Origin: the human T2T-CHM13v2.0 reference genome, Homo sapiens | Strand: one strand, 5' to 3' | NCBI RefSeq assembly: GCF_009914755.1 | Contig: NC_060941.1 | DNA length: 64,000 bases | Shown: positions 11,161 through 24,450 of the stretch, piece by piece | Numbering within the stretch: the first letter of the stretch is position 1 | Layout of the letters: every line of letters starts with the position of its first letter | Translations under genes and position numbers: made by a program | Notes under the pieces: generated by a model | The model's database searches: none | The model's input: only the letters and a program-made list of their open reading frames with translations | Told to the model about the DNA's origin: nothing

Positions 11161-13913
11161 TACAGAGAAAACAACACCAAGTTCAGCTGGAGATGAAGCA
11201 AGTGTTGATAGACAAGTTCTGTGTTGGCATTACCGAGACAGGTGTTCCTATTATCACTTAGTGTCCCTCCCACAGGAAATCTCACACACAACTCACAAAT
11301 AGATGACCCATTTGCTGTGCGTGTCAGACATTTTCTCCTCCTTTCTCCTCTCTTCCCAGAGGGAAGGACTCACAGGGGTTCAGGGAAGTAATTTTATCAG
11401 GTTTCAAGGCTTCTCATTTTTGTTCATCAGCTTTCCCAGCACATGAAGAACAGTGTTTATCTGATTTTTCAAGGGCTGCATTTGGGGGAGTTTGCTTCAT
11501 TCGCCTGCAACTCTGAAGTCATTCCGGCTGGTGTACGAAAACCTTGCTGCTGGATTTAGCTTGGTCTCCCATGAGTTAAAATCAGACTGGTGAAAACTAG
11601 ACAGAAGTGCTGAGGGGGTGGAATGGAAGAAGAGGTGACTTTTGCTATTGAGATATTTTTGTTAATGTGAATTTTGAAGTAAACATCATCTTTGTTCCTT
11701 TCCCCTCTCTTACTTCTGTAAAGAAAGATAGAGAAGGATAACCTTACTCTTTAGGAGCTGTACTGACAAAAGTAACAAGAACATATCCTGCCCTGCAAGA
11801 GTAGCATTCTATTTATCAGTCTAATAAGGTGGGAACGTGCCTTGAAGTCTGCTTCCCCACCACAGGTCCCTAAATCTTGTTTCAAAAAGTTGCAGGTTCC
11901 CAGACAGCTGTGCTTTAGAGCACTGATCACTACCCTCCTTCCCTGCCACCTCCTAAGCATTTTGGTGGTTTTTTGCTCTAGCTTTTCAATCAAATCTATG
12001 AATTTAAACATCACTCCAATAAGAATTTTTCAGAATGCCTTTTTCTTCAGCAGGGAAACTTCAGAGAAACGACTTTGACTCTCATACAAACAGATGCCCC
12101 ATGAGAAAATAATTGTAAAATGGGGTGACATTTGAACTTGTACTTATTTATTCAAGAATGAAACCACATAGACCTGAGATGTAACTGGGATGGGATAGCA
12201 CAGTACTTCAGAGTGGAGGGCTTTGCAAAGGGCTCCTTGAGCACTGATCCTTTATCTGTTAGTGATTAACTGTTTAACAATAGACAAGGCTACAGGAAAG
12301 TACTATGTCAATCCTCGGTTTCCTCAGCTCAAGGTCTTGGTAGTTAATAAGATGATTCAAGTAAAGAGACTAACACCATGCCGGGCATAGCTCTTGTGAC
12401 TTTGGCAATTCTGAAGTGGCGTTTAAGCTTCAGAATGCATTTTATATCCTGCTATTTCATCATCAACCATTTCTGTTTTCAGCCAACATTAATTGATCAC
12501 CTAGTGCTGATCATGTAGATTCTGGAATTTGACGGTACTTTGGCTCCCAGCCCTCCAGGTGTTCACAGCCAACCTGAGTGCACTGACACACCTGTGGGCC
12601 AGGAAGTCTGCACTTCCTTATGCTGCCTCCTCCCACCTCTCTCAGAGCCATCATGAGCACCCGGCTGTGTCCTAAACCCTGCTGCGTCAGCCCCTGTTGT
12701 GCGAGCATCTTAGGTATGTGATGAACACAGGCATGGATAAGGAGGGTTCCCACAAAGAACAGTTGGTACCAGGACAGTGACCATAAGCAGCTGAGTTTCC
12801 CTAGTGTTGTGCTGTTATCTCTCAAGTAGGAGAGCCAGGCAGAAGAGCCACGGAGCCACTCTGAAGTCTCTGGCCTCCCCCCGCTGTCTGCTGACGTGAT
12901 GAGGGAAGGGAAGGGACAGACAGCACTAGCCTTCTGTCACCAGATTATTTATAGTCGGCTTTTCCTTTGAAGTCCTCGCTGCACCCTCCACAGCCTCCAC
13001 TACAGCTTGCCACATGGAGTGTGGTGATGGACACCAGCAAAGTGGCACTGTGGGGAGCAAACTTCTCTCTGTTGTGCTCAAGGGAGACTGCTCGAGGAGC
13101 TCCTCCTGAAACATCCCCTGAGACTGAACAAAGCCCCTCGCTGAAGTCTGCCAGAACAATGCTCCAGGCAGTTGCCATTCTTTCACTTTTTAGGGGAAAA
13201 GCAACAGAGCCTCTTTCCAGTAGGTCATCTGTCCATTTTTTTCTCCCTGTGGCTTTGACGTTGGGTTATCTGTGGGTTCTCCTTGCTGCTCTGTTTTCTT
13301 TGGTTAGTAAGTCCTCCTTTTATCATTAAAAAAGAAGGAATGAAACATAATAGATTGAAGGCAGAGCTTTTGGCCACCTGTCCTGAGGAATCAGAACACA
13401 AGGCAGCAACCCTGTGTGGCCCAGTCCTGCAATAAGCACTAGGGAGGCACAGATGAATGCATGCAGACACCTTTCCTCTCTCCCTCACACACACAACATG
13501 GCTTTCATAGGCGACAGTCTTAGTCACTCTTATTTCATTTGCTGTCCCACTTTGACCCCTGGTACCTAAGCCTACCTTCCTCACACATTCTCAGAAGCTT
13601 CTGCCTCTCACCTATGGCTTCATCTTCCTCCTCCAGCTTCATTTAGGTCTCTGAAACTTGATCATGGCTATGTTTCTAGACCAGATCTATACTGAGCTTT
13701 AAGACAGTCTCTTTTTTTTTCTACCTAGTATCAGGACTCCTGACCCTGGACCTACCTGGGACTGATTCAGAAGGTTTGCCCAGGTCTCATCAAATAGGGG
13801 GTGGAGCAGTGAGACCTAACACCTGCCTTCAGGAGAGACACAATCTGGTAGGAAGCAGCGGCTCACCCATTTTAAAAGAATGTGATAAGAACCACACTCG
13901 AGGAGTGGTTAAA

Positions 13914-14078
13914 GCAGTTTCCCAAATTGGGGTCCCTGTGGCACCTGAGTCAGAATCACCAGAGGCACTAGTTATAAGATACACATTCCTGAGCCCTACC
14001 ACCAAACTAAGGACTCAGTATCCACATTTTAAATAACTTTCTTATGTAGATCCCATGAAAATAAAATGTGAAAACCAT
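13914..14078. mobile_element. MER5-like hAT-Charlie MITE
   Basis: gcagtttcccaaa...agaatcacc...attcctgagccctacc...tgaaaaccatg. Confidence 0.5.
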
Positions 14079-14134
14079 GTATTTTAAAAATACTGGCAAC
14101 CAGTGGTATTGTTACTGAAACTTTAAACATACCC

Positions 14135-16449
14135 TGTATTAGTCCATTTTCACTCTGCTGATAAAGACATACCTGACACTGGGTAATTTATAAAGAAAAA
14201 GAGGCTTGATGGACTCACAGTTTCACATGACTGGGGAGGCCTCACAATCATGGCAGAAGGCAAAAGTCACATCTTACATGGCAGCAGGCAAGAGAGAATG
14301 AGAGCCAAGTGAAAGGGGAAACCCCTTATAAAACCATCAGATCTTGAGAGACTTACTCACTATCATGAGAACAGTATGGGGGAAACCACCCCCATGATTC
14401 AATTATCTCCCACTGGGTCCCTCCCACAACATGTGGGAATTATGGGAGCTAGGAGCTGCACTTCAGATGATATTTGGGTGGGGACAGAGCGAAACCATAC
14501 CATTCTGGCCCTGGCCCCTCTCAAATCTCATGTCCTCACATTTCAAAATGAATCATGCCTTCCCAACAGTCCCCCAAAGCCTTAACTCATTTCAGCATTA
14601 ACTCAAAAGTCCACAGTCCAAAGTCTCATCTGAGACAAGATAAGTCTCTTCCACCTATGAGCCTGTAAAATCGAAAGCAAGTTAGTTACTTCCTAGATAC
14701 AATGGGGGTACAGGCATTGGGTAAATACAGCCATTCAAAATTGGAGAAATTGGCCAAAACAAAGGAGTTACAGGCCCCATGTGAATCTGAAATCCAGTGA
14801 GGCAGCCCAATCTTAAAGCTCCAAAATGATCTCCTTTGACTCTGTGTCTCATATCCAGGTCACACTGATGCAAGAGGTGGGTTCCCATGGTCTTGGAACC
14901 CACCCTTGTGGCTCTGCCCCTGTGGCTTTGCAGGGTACAGCCTCCCTCCAAGCTGCTTTAATGGGCTGATGTTGAGTGTCTGCAGCTTTTCCAGGCATAC
15001 GGTGCAAGCTGTTGGTGGATCAACTTTTCTGGGGCCTGGAGGATGGTGGCCCTCTTCTCACAGCTCCACTAGGCAGTGCCCTAGTGGGGACAGTGTGTGG
15101 GGACTTCAACCCCATATTTCCCTTCTGCACTGCCGTAGCAGAGGTTCTCCATAACGGCCCCATTCCTGGAGCAAACTTCTTCCTGGACATCTGGGCATTT
15201 CCATCCATCCCCAAAATCTAGGCAGAGGTTCCCAAACCTCAATACTTGACTTCTGTGCACCTGCAGGCTCAACACCATGTGGAAGCTGCCAAGGCTTGGG
15301 GATTGCACCCTCTGAAGCCATGACCCGAGCTGTACCTTGGCCCCTTTTAGCCATGGCCAGAGTGGCTGGGACTCAGGGCACCAAGTCCCTAGGCTGCACA
15401 CAGCAGGGGGGCTGTAGGCCCTGCCCATGAAACCATTTTTTCCTCCTAGGCCTCTGGGCCAGTGATGGGATGGGCTGTCTTAAAGGTCCCTGACATGCCC
15501 TGGAGACATTTTCCTCATTGTCTTGGTGATTAACATTTGGCTCCTCATTAGTTATGCATACCTAACTAACCTAGTCTGCAGCCAGCTTGAATTTCTCCTC
15601 AGAAAATGGGTTTTTCTTTTCTATCGCATCCTCAGGCTGCACATTTTCTGGGCATTTATGTTCTGTTTCCCTTTTGAACTTGAATGCTTTTAAAAAAGCC
15701 CAAGTCACCTCTTGAATGCTTTGCTGCTTAGAAATTTCTTCCACCAGATACTCTAAATCATCTCCCTTAAGTTCAAAGTTCCACAAATCTCTAAGGCAGG
15801 GGCAAAATGCTGCTAGCCTCTTTGCTAAAACACAGCAGGAACCATCTTTACTCCGATTCCTAACAGGTTCCTCATCTCTTTCTGAGACTGCCTCAGCCTG
15901 GATTTCATTGTTTATATCATTATCAACATTTTTGTTAAAGCCATTCAACAAGTCTCTAGGAAGTTCCATTTTCCTGTCTTTTTCTGAGACTTCCAAACTG
16001 CTCCAACCTTTGTCTGTTACCCAGTTCCAAAGTCACTTCCACATTTTGGGGTATCTTTAGAGCAGCGTCCCACTCTCCCAGTACCAATTTACTGTATTAG
16101 TCTGTTTTCACACTGCTGATAAAGACATACCTGAGACTGGGTAATTTATAAAGAAAAAGAGGTTTAATGGACTCACAGTTCCATGTGGCTGGGGAGGCCT
16201 CACAATCATGGCAGAAGGGTAAAGGCACGTCTTACATGTTGGCAGACAAGAGAGAATGAGAACCAACTGAAAGGGGAAATCCCTTATAAACCTATCAGAT
16301 CTTGTGAGACTTACTACTATGAGAACAGTATGGGGGAAACTGCCCTCATGATTCAGTTATCTCCCACTGGGTCCCCCCACAACATATGGGAATTTTGAGA
16401 GCTACAATTCAAGATGAGATCTGGGTGGGGACAGAGCCAAATAATATCA
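14135..16449 (-). mobile_element. Full-length THE1B (ERVL-MaLR) provirus: 3' LTR 14135-14502, internal 14503-16092, 5' LTR 16093-16449
   Basis: Two similar LTRs with TG...CA termini, ~1.59-kb internal region, polypurine tract next to the 3' LTR (ttctggccctggcccct on +), perfect TSD TACCC (14130-14134 and 16450-16454). Confidence 0.95.
15571..15996 (-). pseudogene. Remnant of the MaLR internal ORF (141 open codons)
   Basis: ELPRDLLNGF...LAKRLAAFCPCLRDLWNFEL...EEISKQQSIQ motifs of the THE1/MST internal ORF. Confidence 0.75.
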
Positions 16450-16784
16450 TACCCTAAGAAATAACAGCAAGTAGGAAAACCTTATTTGACCAGCTAAGAA
16501 GGAACTCAGAGGCTTTGGGAAAATTACTCTTCTGGGCTTCAGTGGTCTCACCTCTGTTAGGAGAGGGTTGGTTTAATTTGTCTCCCAAGTTCCTTCCAGG
16601 TCAATTTGCCTCTAAGGCTAGGATTCTGTCAGAAGGGTGGTTTCTAAGCATAAGACTAGGAAAAGGACTCACGGCAGTTTTAAAGTCAGGGTGGGAGGCA
16701 GAGACGAGATAAGAGTGGGGCTGTGACATCATTAATTTTGAGACACAGGGAGGGGTATGAAAATAGATAATTCAGCTTTGTAAC

Positions 16785-16948
16785 TTTATTTTTATTATTG
16801 TTTGAGACAGGGTCTCACTCTATTGCCCAGGCTGGAGTGCAGTGGCACCATCATAGCTCACTGTCACCTCAAGCTCCAGGCTCAAGCAATCCTCCTGCCT
16901 CAATCTCCCAAAGCACTGAGATTACAGGCATGAGGCACCATGCCAGCC
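16785..16948 (-). mobile_element. Alu monomer (FRAM-like, or left/right-arm recombinant)
   Basis: Single ~165-bp monomer with tail, flanked by ca(g/a)ctttgtaa TSD at 16773 and 16950. Confidence 0.85.
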
Positions 16949-17254
16949 ACAACTTTGTAATTTTCGTTAGCTTTGTATAAATACTTGTTAAGGGACCCTT
17001 CTGCACCTTAATTTTGCCTTTTGAAAAAAGGGACAAATGAAGGCTGTTGTCTGACATTCTTTAAAAGTACATAGTACAGAACCCAGCACTCTGCAGGTGT
17101 TCAATACGTGGTGAATATTATCATCACACAGTGTAGTATTGAGGATTAACAAAATTATGTTGCAAGATCCCTGGGATAAGTTATGGCAGAAAATAGATCC
17201 TCAGACAATAAGTATCCTTTTTTCCAATGTGCTAGAAACATATTATATTGGATT

Positions 17255-17885
17255 ATTTAATTCAACAAATATTTATTGAGCGCCTAGTCTCTGGGAGGTA
17301 TCTGGGGTACAGTGGTTACTGAGATGACCATGGTCTCAACCAACATTATGGTCTTGGTAGAGATATAGACAAGTAAAGGGATTATTAACACACTGTGTAA
17401 TTGATGGCAAGCCATAAGAAAAACAAGGTATTGTAGACAGAAGAGGGTACTGCAGTATACCAAGCTTGTGAAGAAGAACAGGTGAAAAGACTCAGAAGAA
17501 AGAGGGAGTATGACACAGCCAGGGAAATAAAAAAGGTTAGAGAAATAGGAGGGGCCAGTTCACAAAAGACCGGGTAAGTCATGCTGTTTACTGTTTCACT
17601 TAACCTAAGGGTTATGGAGAATCACTGGTGTGTTTTAGGACACTCACACTGATAGTAAGGTGGAGAAGGAACTGGGTATAAAACCAGAGGCAGGGACTTC
17701 AAGCAGGAAACTGATGCAGTAATCCTGGTAAAAGACAGTGGCTGTAGGAGTAAATAAAAACAGACAGATTCCAGGCATATTTAAGAAACAGAACCCATAG
17801 AACCCATGATTGATTTTATTTTCAGGGGGAGGGGGTATAGGGAAGTAGTATCTTAGGGTTAGTCCATTTGTTTCTCTGATGATCA
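17255..17885 (-). mobile_element. L2
   Basis: attcaacaaatatttattgagcgcct is the reverse complement of the L2 3' end. Confidence 0.75.
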
Positions 17886-18002
17886 AAGTGAAACTTCCAC
17901 AACTTTTCATTAACTATTGGTGAAGGCTGACCTATATTGAAAATTGCAGATTGTATATTTAACAAGTTTATTTTAACAAGTCAATCCCTTCACTAGCTTA
18001 GG

Positions 18003-19036
<1,034 letters not shown>

Positions 19037-19569
19037 GAGTCAGAATTTTTATTTTTGGCTTTTGGAGCTTGGATTTTCCATGAATTCCACCTCTAACTTC
19101 CCAGAACAAACTAATTTACATCTTCAGATGCAATAATGAATTTTAACCACTTGATGGCCACATTTCAAAGTCTTTTATCTTATTTTCCTACTTCAGGCAA
19201 TTTTCTGTCTATTCCAGTTGATTGCCTCTGGGACTAGGTAAATCTGCCCTTTTCTTAATTAGTAGGATGTCCATGCTTTCATCCATAAGATGATCTGCCC
19301 TGGATCCATAATAGGCCTTTACTAAAAAGTGTTTAACAAACAAATGACCAAATGAATGGATATCAGTGAAAACCTAGTTTTCAAATACTTGTGACAATAT
19401 GTGACTACATTCTGTTTCATACTTTTGAAATCCAGATAACTACCCTTTTACATCAACTAGAATTCAGATAACTGCTTTTTTCTATTAATAGAAAGAAGTA
19501 AAGGTTTTAGAAAATGATTTAGATGCATAAAGATTATAACCATATAAATAAAATTCTTAATAAAAGAAG

Positions 19570-19860
19570 TTACCCTTTTTGATTCTTATCCATAACCAAC
19601 TAATTCTAAAGCTTACATAATTGTTTACATTTGGTATATGTCTCATATATGCAATTGCACTGTGTGCCTTTTATTCACTCAACATTTAACATAAGCATTC
19701 TATTTTTGTCAATCTAGTTTACAACATATTAAATCTTATGAACTATATGATAGTATACTGAAGAGGTAAGCCAAAATGTTCTGGGTCATGTCCTTATCAT
19801 AATACATTAGGCCATTTCTGGAGATTGTGATAATTAAAAAAAATGTTGTGAGTGACATTT
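19570..19860 (-). mobile_element. Very old L1ME 3' fragment
   Basis: gccttttattcactcaacattt...acattaggccatttc...tgttgtgagtgacatt. Confidence 0.45.
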
Positions 19861-19897
19861 GCTAGGGGACAGTCCCAATACATGAAGAATACAGTAT

Positions 19898-20237
<340 letters not shown>

Positions 20238-20967
20238 TTACAGGTAACAGTATTTATGACCAAAAAAGTCCAGCCATAAAAGCTTAGAGAAAAGGAAAGT
20301 CACATCTAAACATTGTCGGTGGAAGGGGTATCCTCAATATTAAGACCTGGGGTAGTTCCAGTCCCACTAACAGAACAATACCTAGAATTGGTTTGTAGCC
20401 AAGTGGTCTTAAATATGCAGATCCCATTGACAAAAACATTCAAGACAGAATTTTAGTCTGATATCATTAAATATGCAATTTATCTAGCATGCTCATCAAG
20501 TAAACTTCTCATTAGAATTTGGTTTTCCAGGCAGATCTGCCTTCAGGGAAAGAACATGTCCCTCCTCCAGTTTCAAGTATTTCTAGCCCTTCTGTCAATG
20601 ATTTCTCATTATAAATTTATTGGCTTCCTATGCAGTTTTCTACAGAAAGAAAATGTACTGAACAGATGTACTTCAAATATTTCTGACCCTTATGATAGTA
20701 ATTTCTCCCTATAAATAAATTAAATGCCATCCTAATTTAATACATCAGTCTCATGAGCTCAGAAAATATGAGTCTCTTTCTGAGAGATGGATCTGTTCAG
20801 GATGTATTAACAAAATCAGATCTGAGCCTGTAGAACTACTATAGTCAGATGCTAGACTATAGTAAATTCTCCAAGGTATTCATTCTACGTTGTCCAGTTT
20901 CTTGAGATACAGCTTGGCTGTTTTATCTCCTGGTGGCCCGGCGTTAATGTCACTACTGGTATTAGGA

Positions 20968-21328
20968 TGAGGCCAGGCTTTGGAGAAGCTGAAGTTTATA
21001 TGAACTGAGGGAGGAAGAGAGGATCTCTTTAAGAAAAATAATGCAAAATTATGAATCCAAAATTAACTAGGCAATTCAATATTTATTTGGAAGTCACAAT
21101 AAATTAGAAACTTTGAAAAGCTGGTCAATACCACATATATTGTGATTGCAGAATATTTGTGTTAACCAACTGTTCTATATGTCTCTATAACACTCTCTCC
21201 TACATTTTTGGCAGTATTTTCAATATAGAGAAAATAGAAAAAATAATTCAGTGTTTTTTCTAGAATGGTTGCATCATTGACAGTTTACAAAAAATATCTT
21301 TACCATTCTATTCATCATTGGAAATGTC
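20968..21328. mobile_element. hAT-Tip100-type DNA transposon fragment (MER115/Zaphod-like)
   Basis: ctctttaagaaaaataatgcaaaattatgaatccaaaatta...tatagagaaaatagaaa...aattcagt recalled from this family. Confidence 0.5.
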
Positions 21329-21329
21329 T

Positions 21330-23160
21330 TCTTTTTGAATGTATGCATTAAAAGCTATAAATTTTCCTCTAAGCACTACTTTTGCTGCATCCTACAACTT
21401 TTGATAAGTTGTATTTTCATTTTTATTTCATGGCTGCTTTAAATAGGTCTTCCTTTTCCTTTGTTTTTCTGCTATTCCATTACATTTTGTAAAGGTTATC
21501 CTGCTTGAGATGTGCTGTGATTCCTGGATCTGAAGCTTATGTTTTTAACAATTCTGGAAAATTCTGACCCATTATTTTCTCTTGAAACATTGCCTCCATT
21601 CCATTCTCTCTGACCTTTCTTTCTGGAATTGTTATTAAAATATTTGTTAAATTATTACCATATCTGTTAATATTAGGTTCACATTTTCCAAAGATTTGCT
21701 TCTTAGTGTTATATTTTAGATAATTTTTTTATCTAACTTTTTATTCGCTAATTTTCTATTTGGCTGTGTCTAATTTTCTGTCACGATTTTAATTTCCCTT
21801 GCCATGGTTTTCATTTTTTAAAATTGTATTTGGCTCTTTTTAAATTTTGCTTTGTCATTTGTTAAATCTTTTTATTTTTAATTCATATTTAAAACTTGTT
21901 TATTCCTTTAAACATAAAACTTATATTCTGTGTCTGATAATTCCAATGTCTAAAATATTTATAAGTCAGATTCAGCTATTTTTGTACTGCTGATATTCAC
22001 AGGATGGTTTGTTTCTATGTGTATTTTGTGATATTTGATTGCAAGTTGCTATTTTTCTTGGAACTTATCTGAGGGTATTTAATTTTAAGGACTAGATCAA
22101 AGTCATGTTTCTCCAGAGAGAATTTATATATTTTTTAGCTCTTTCCTGTCTTGGGAACACTATCAAACTGTACCATCTCTAAATATAATAATATACCTGT
22201 GAGAGATAGATAGATAGACGTGAGATATGTGTGTATGTATCACTCTATGTATAATTATATACCTGTGTGAGAGAGAGATATACATATAGACACATAAATA
22301 TATATATATGTATCTGTGAGATATCTCACAGGTATATAATTATATATGTTATATAATTATATAACCTGTGATATACATAATAATGGTATAACATATATAA
22401 TTATACATAGGTATATATCAGAGATTACATAATTATATAATGATACATACATGCACATCACATATTTATATACCTGTGATATATAGATATCTAGATATGT
22501 ATATAATATATACATAATATAATTATATATTTAACATATAATTATATCATATATAATTATGTATATATCACAAGAATAGCTGCATATATATCCCACAGGT
22601 ATCTAATTAGGTAGATAGATAGATGGATAGATAGATAGATAGGCAGATAGATAACTCACAAGAATAACTTTCATTTGGACCACAAAGGTGCATGAGGCCT
22701 GGCTTGTGGTTTCAAATTCTAAGAGAAATGTTTTCCTTTCCAGTCAATGCTAAGGTAGAAACCAGCACATTTCCTTACAGTTATCTTCTGTTCAGCAGGC
22801 TTTTTCTTATTTTTCTTAACAAAGAAGATGCAGTCCTTTGCAGTCCGTATAGGTACTGACTTTTTATAGTAGTATTCTGTTAACTAGACCGTCCGTCTGG
22901 AGTGAACCCTGGATTCTATCTCCTCCCCTCCCTAAGCCTCCCTGGCACTCTGCATGATTGTCAAAGCAGAAGCTCACATTCTCCTAAGTTCAGCAGAACC
23001 TTCATGGCAAAAGATGGCTTTGTTTCTTCTTTACCTCCCAGGTTTCTTCTTTCACTTGATTTTTGGCCTCTGTAGATTGCTTTTTATAGTCTTAGATCCA
23101 TGATGCACTTCCAAAGGAGATTTCAACATTTCATCCAGCATTTTGTTGTTTTAATCATCT
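21330..23160 (-). mobile_element. HAL1/L1ME-like 5' region with an AT-rich expansion inside
   Basis: T-rich antisense ORF1-like sequence (caattctggaaaattctg...gtctgataattccaat) and ggcttgtggtttcaaattct. Confidence 0.6.
22181..22668. repeat. Complex (TA)/(GATA)-rich low-complexity repeat with inverted units
   Basis: Recurrent tatacctgtga / tcacaggtata units, (TA)n and (GATA)n tracts. Confidence 0.9.
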
Positions 23161-23167
23161 ATCATCA

Positions 23168-23585
23168 CTCAAAAAAGAGTTAGTATAGCAAGTCTGAGAA
23201 TACCGTCCTTACAGAAGCCTGTTTGCAAAGTTAGCCCTTGGCTAGTATCTGGAGGCTTCTCACCATTCCCAAAACTGGTAATAGTGGTTCACTGTGCCTA
23301 CAACAGTACAAGCCATGGGGTTTATGTTGAAAACCTACTTTCCTTCCAGAATTGTGAAATTTTGACATATCATAGGTGGAGGGCCTCTAAGTGATCAAGC
23401 CCTAATAAAAGCCCTGGCCACTGAGTCTTTAATAAGATTCCCTGGTATACAACATTTCACAGGTGTTGCCATACTCATTGCTGAGAAAATGAGTTTTAGC
23501 TGTGAGGAGGACACTATGCTGCATCCTATGAGTCCCTCTAGCGAATCTCCAAAGCCAGGAGCAGTCTGGGGGACTTCAAGTGCAA
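23168..23585 (+). mobile_element. MER68-like ERVL LTR
   Basis: aaaagagttagtatagcaagtctgaga...gcctgtttgcaaagttagcccttggct...gagtccctctagcgaatc. Confidence 0.7.
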
Positions 23586-23919
23586 CCATGCTGGCAGAAA
23601 GTCTCCCAATATACTTTCTTCAAAGAGGTTATACCCCATCTAATGATTATAAATCACTGTAAACTAGAAATGTCAAGTTAGAGATAGTCATCTTTGAGTT
23701 GAGTCAGACAGTACCTCACTATTGTGTCTTTTTAAAAATCACATGGTCATAGAATATTGCAGAATGACAGCAAATGACCACGGCCACTGATTTCTTCTCC
23801 TAGCCCTGTTCTTTGTTGTAAACTGGAGACAATTTTCCACTTTTTTTGGTCCAAATTAGTGTTATCAACCCATATGCTGGAATACATGTATTCCACATTT
23901 TGGCAACAGTAATTGTATG

Positions 23920-24152
23920 GCAAAAAGTCATTCCATGGTCAAATAAGTTTGGGAACTGTTGGTAAACAAATTTGAACGTGTTTCTTTACTGTAGAAGTGC
24001 TCAGAACTTTTAATATATTCATCTTTAATAAAAACATATGATAGTCAGTATTTTCAAAACTTGTTTGACCTCAGAATTCTTCTTACCCTTGGAATATCTA
24101 CTAACATATCTTGGGACATTAATGTTCTTGAGGCATAGTTTAGAAAATGCTA
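23920..24152. mobile_element. hAT-Charlie MITE (MER112-like)
   Basis: ttccatggtcaaataagtttgggaa with an imperfect inverted partner ttttcaaaacttgtttgacc. Confidence 0.5.
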
Positions 24153-24450
24153 GAATAAAAACTTGCCTCTGTCTTTTGGAAAGCCTTAGTTCTTAAGTGT
24201 TTTCATTATTTACTTTGCTTGTTGGCTTAAGTCATTTAGTGATCATCTTTCCAGCTACTGCAACAAAATCATTAGAGCTTTAAATCATTCTGAAATGCCC
24301 AGATTTACTTGTAGGAGTCTACAGTGCCCTTAAGCTCAAGATGTCTCATGCTTACTAGGAAATAATTACATGCCTACTGGAGATAGCCAGCCACTTTGCC
24401 AACTGCAGCTCCAATATTGTCATTTGCAGAATGGACTTGATAAAACTTAC

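Noticed and set aside
11700-11745. Minus-strand acceptor followed 2 nt later by GTAAGA as a recursive splice site
   Set aside because: Not the AG|GT juxtaposition that defines recursive sites, and there is no evidence of transcription.
12926-13584. Overlapping 77-120 aa ORFs in the GC-richer island as a coding exon
   Set aside because: No recognisable motif or convincing splice pair; higher GC content alone lengthens ORFs.
1-16092. The two MaLR internal regions as a segmental duplication
   Set aside because: Different LTR subfamilies, different flanks and substantial divergence indicate independent insertions.
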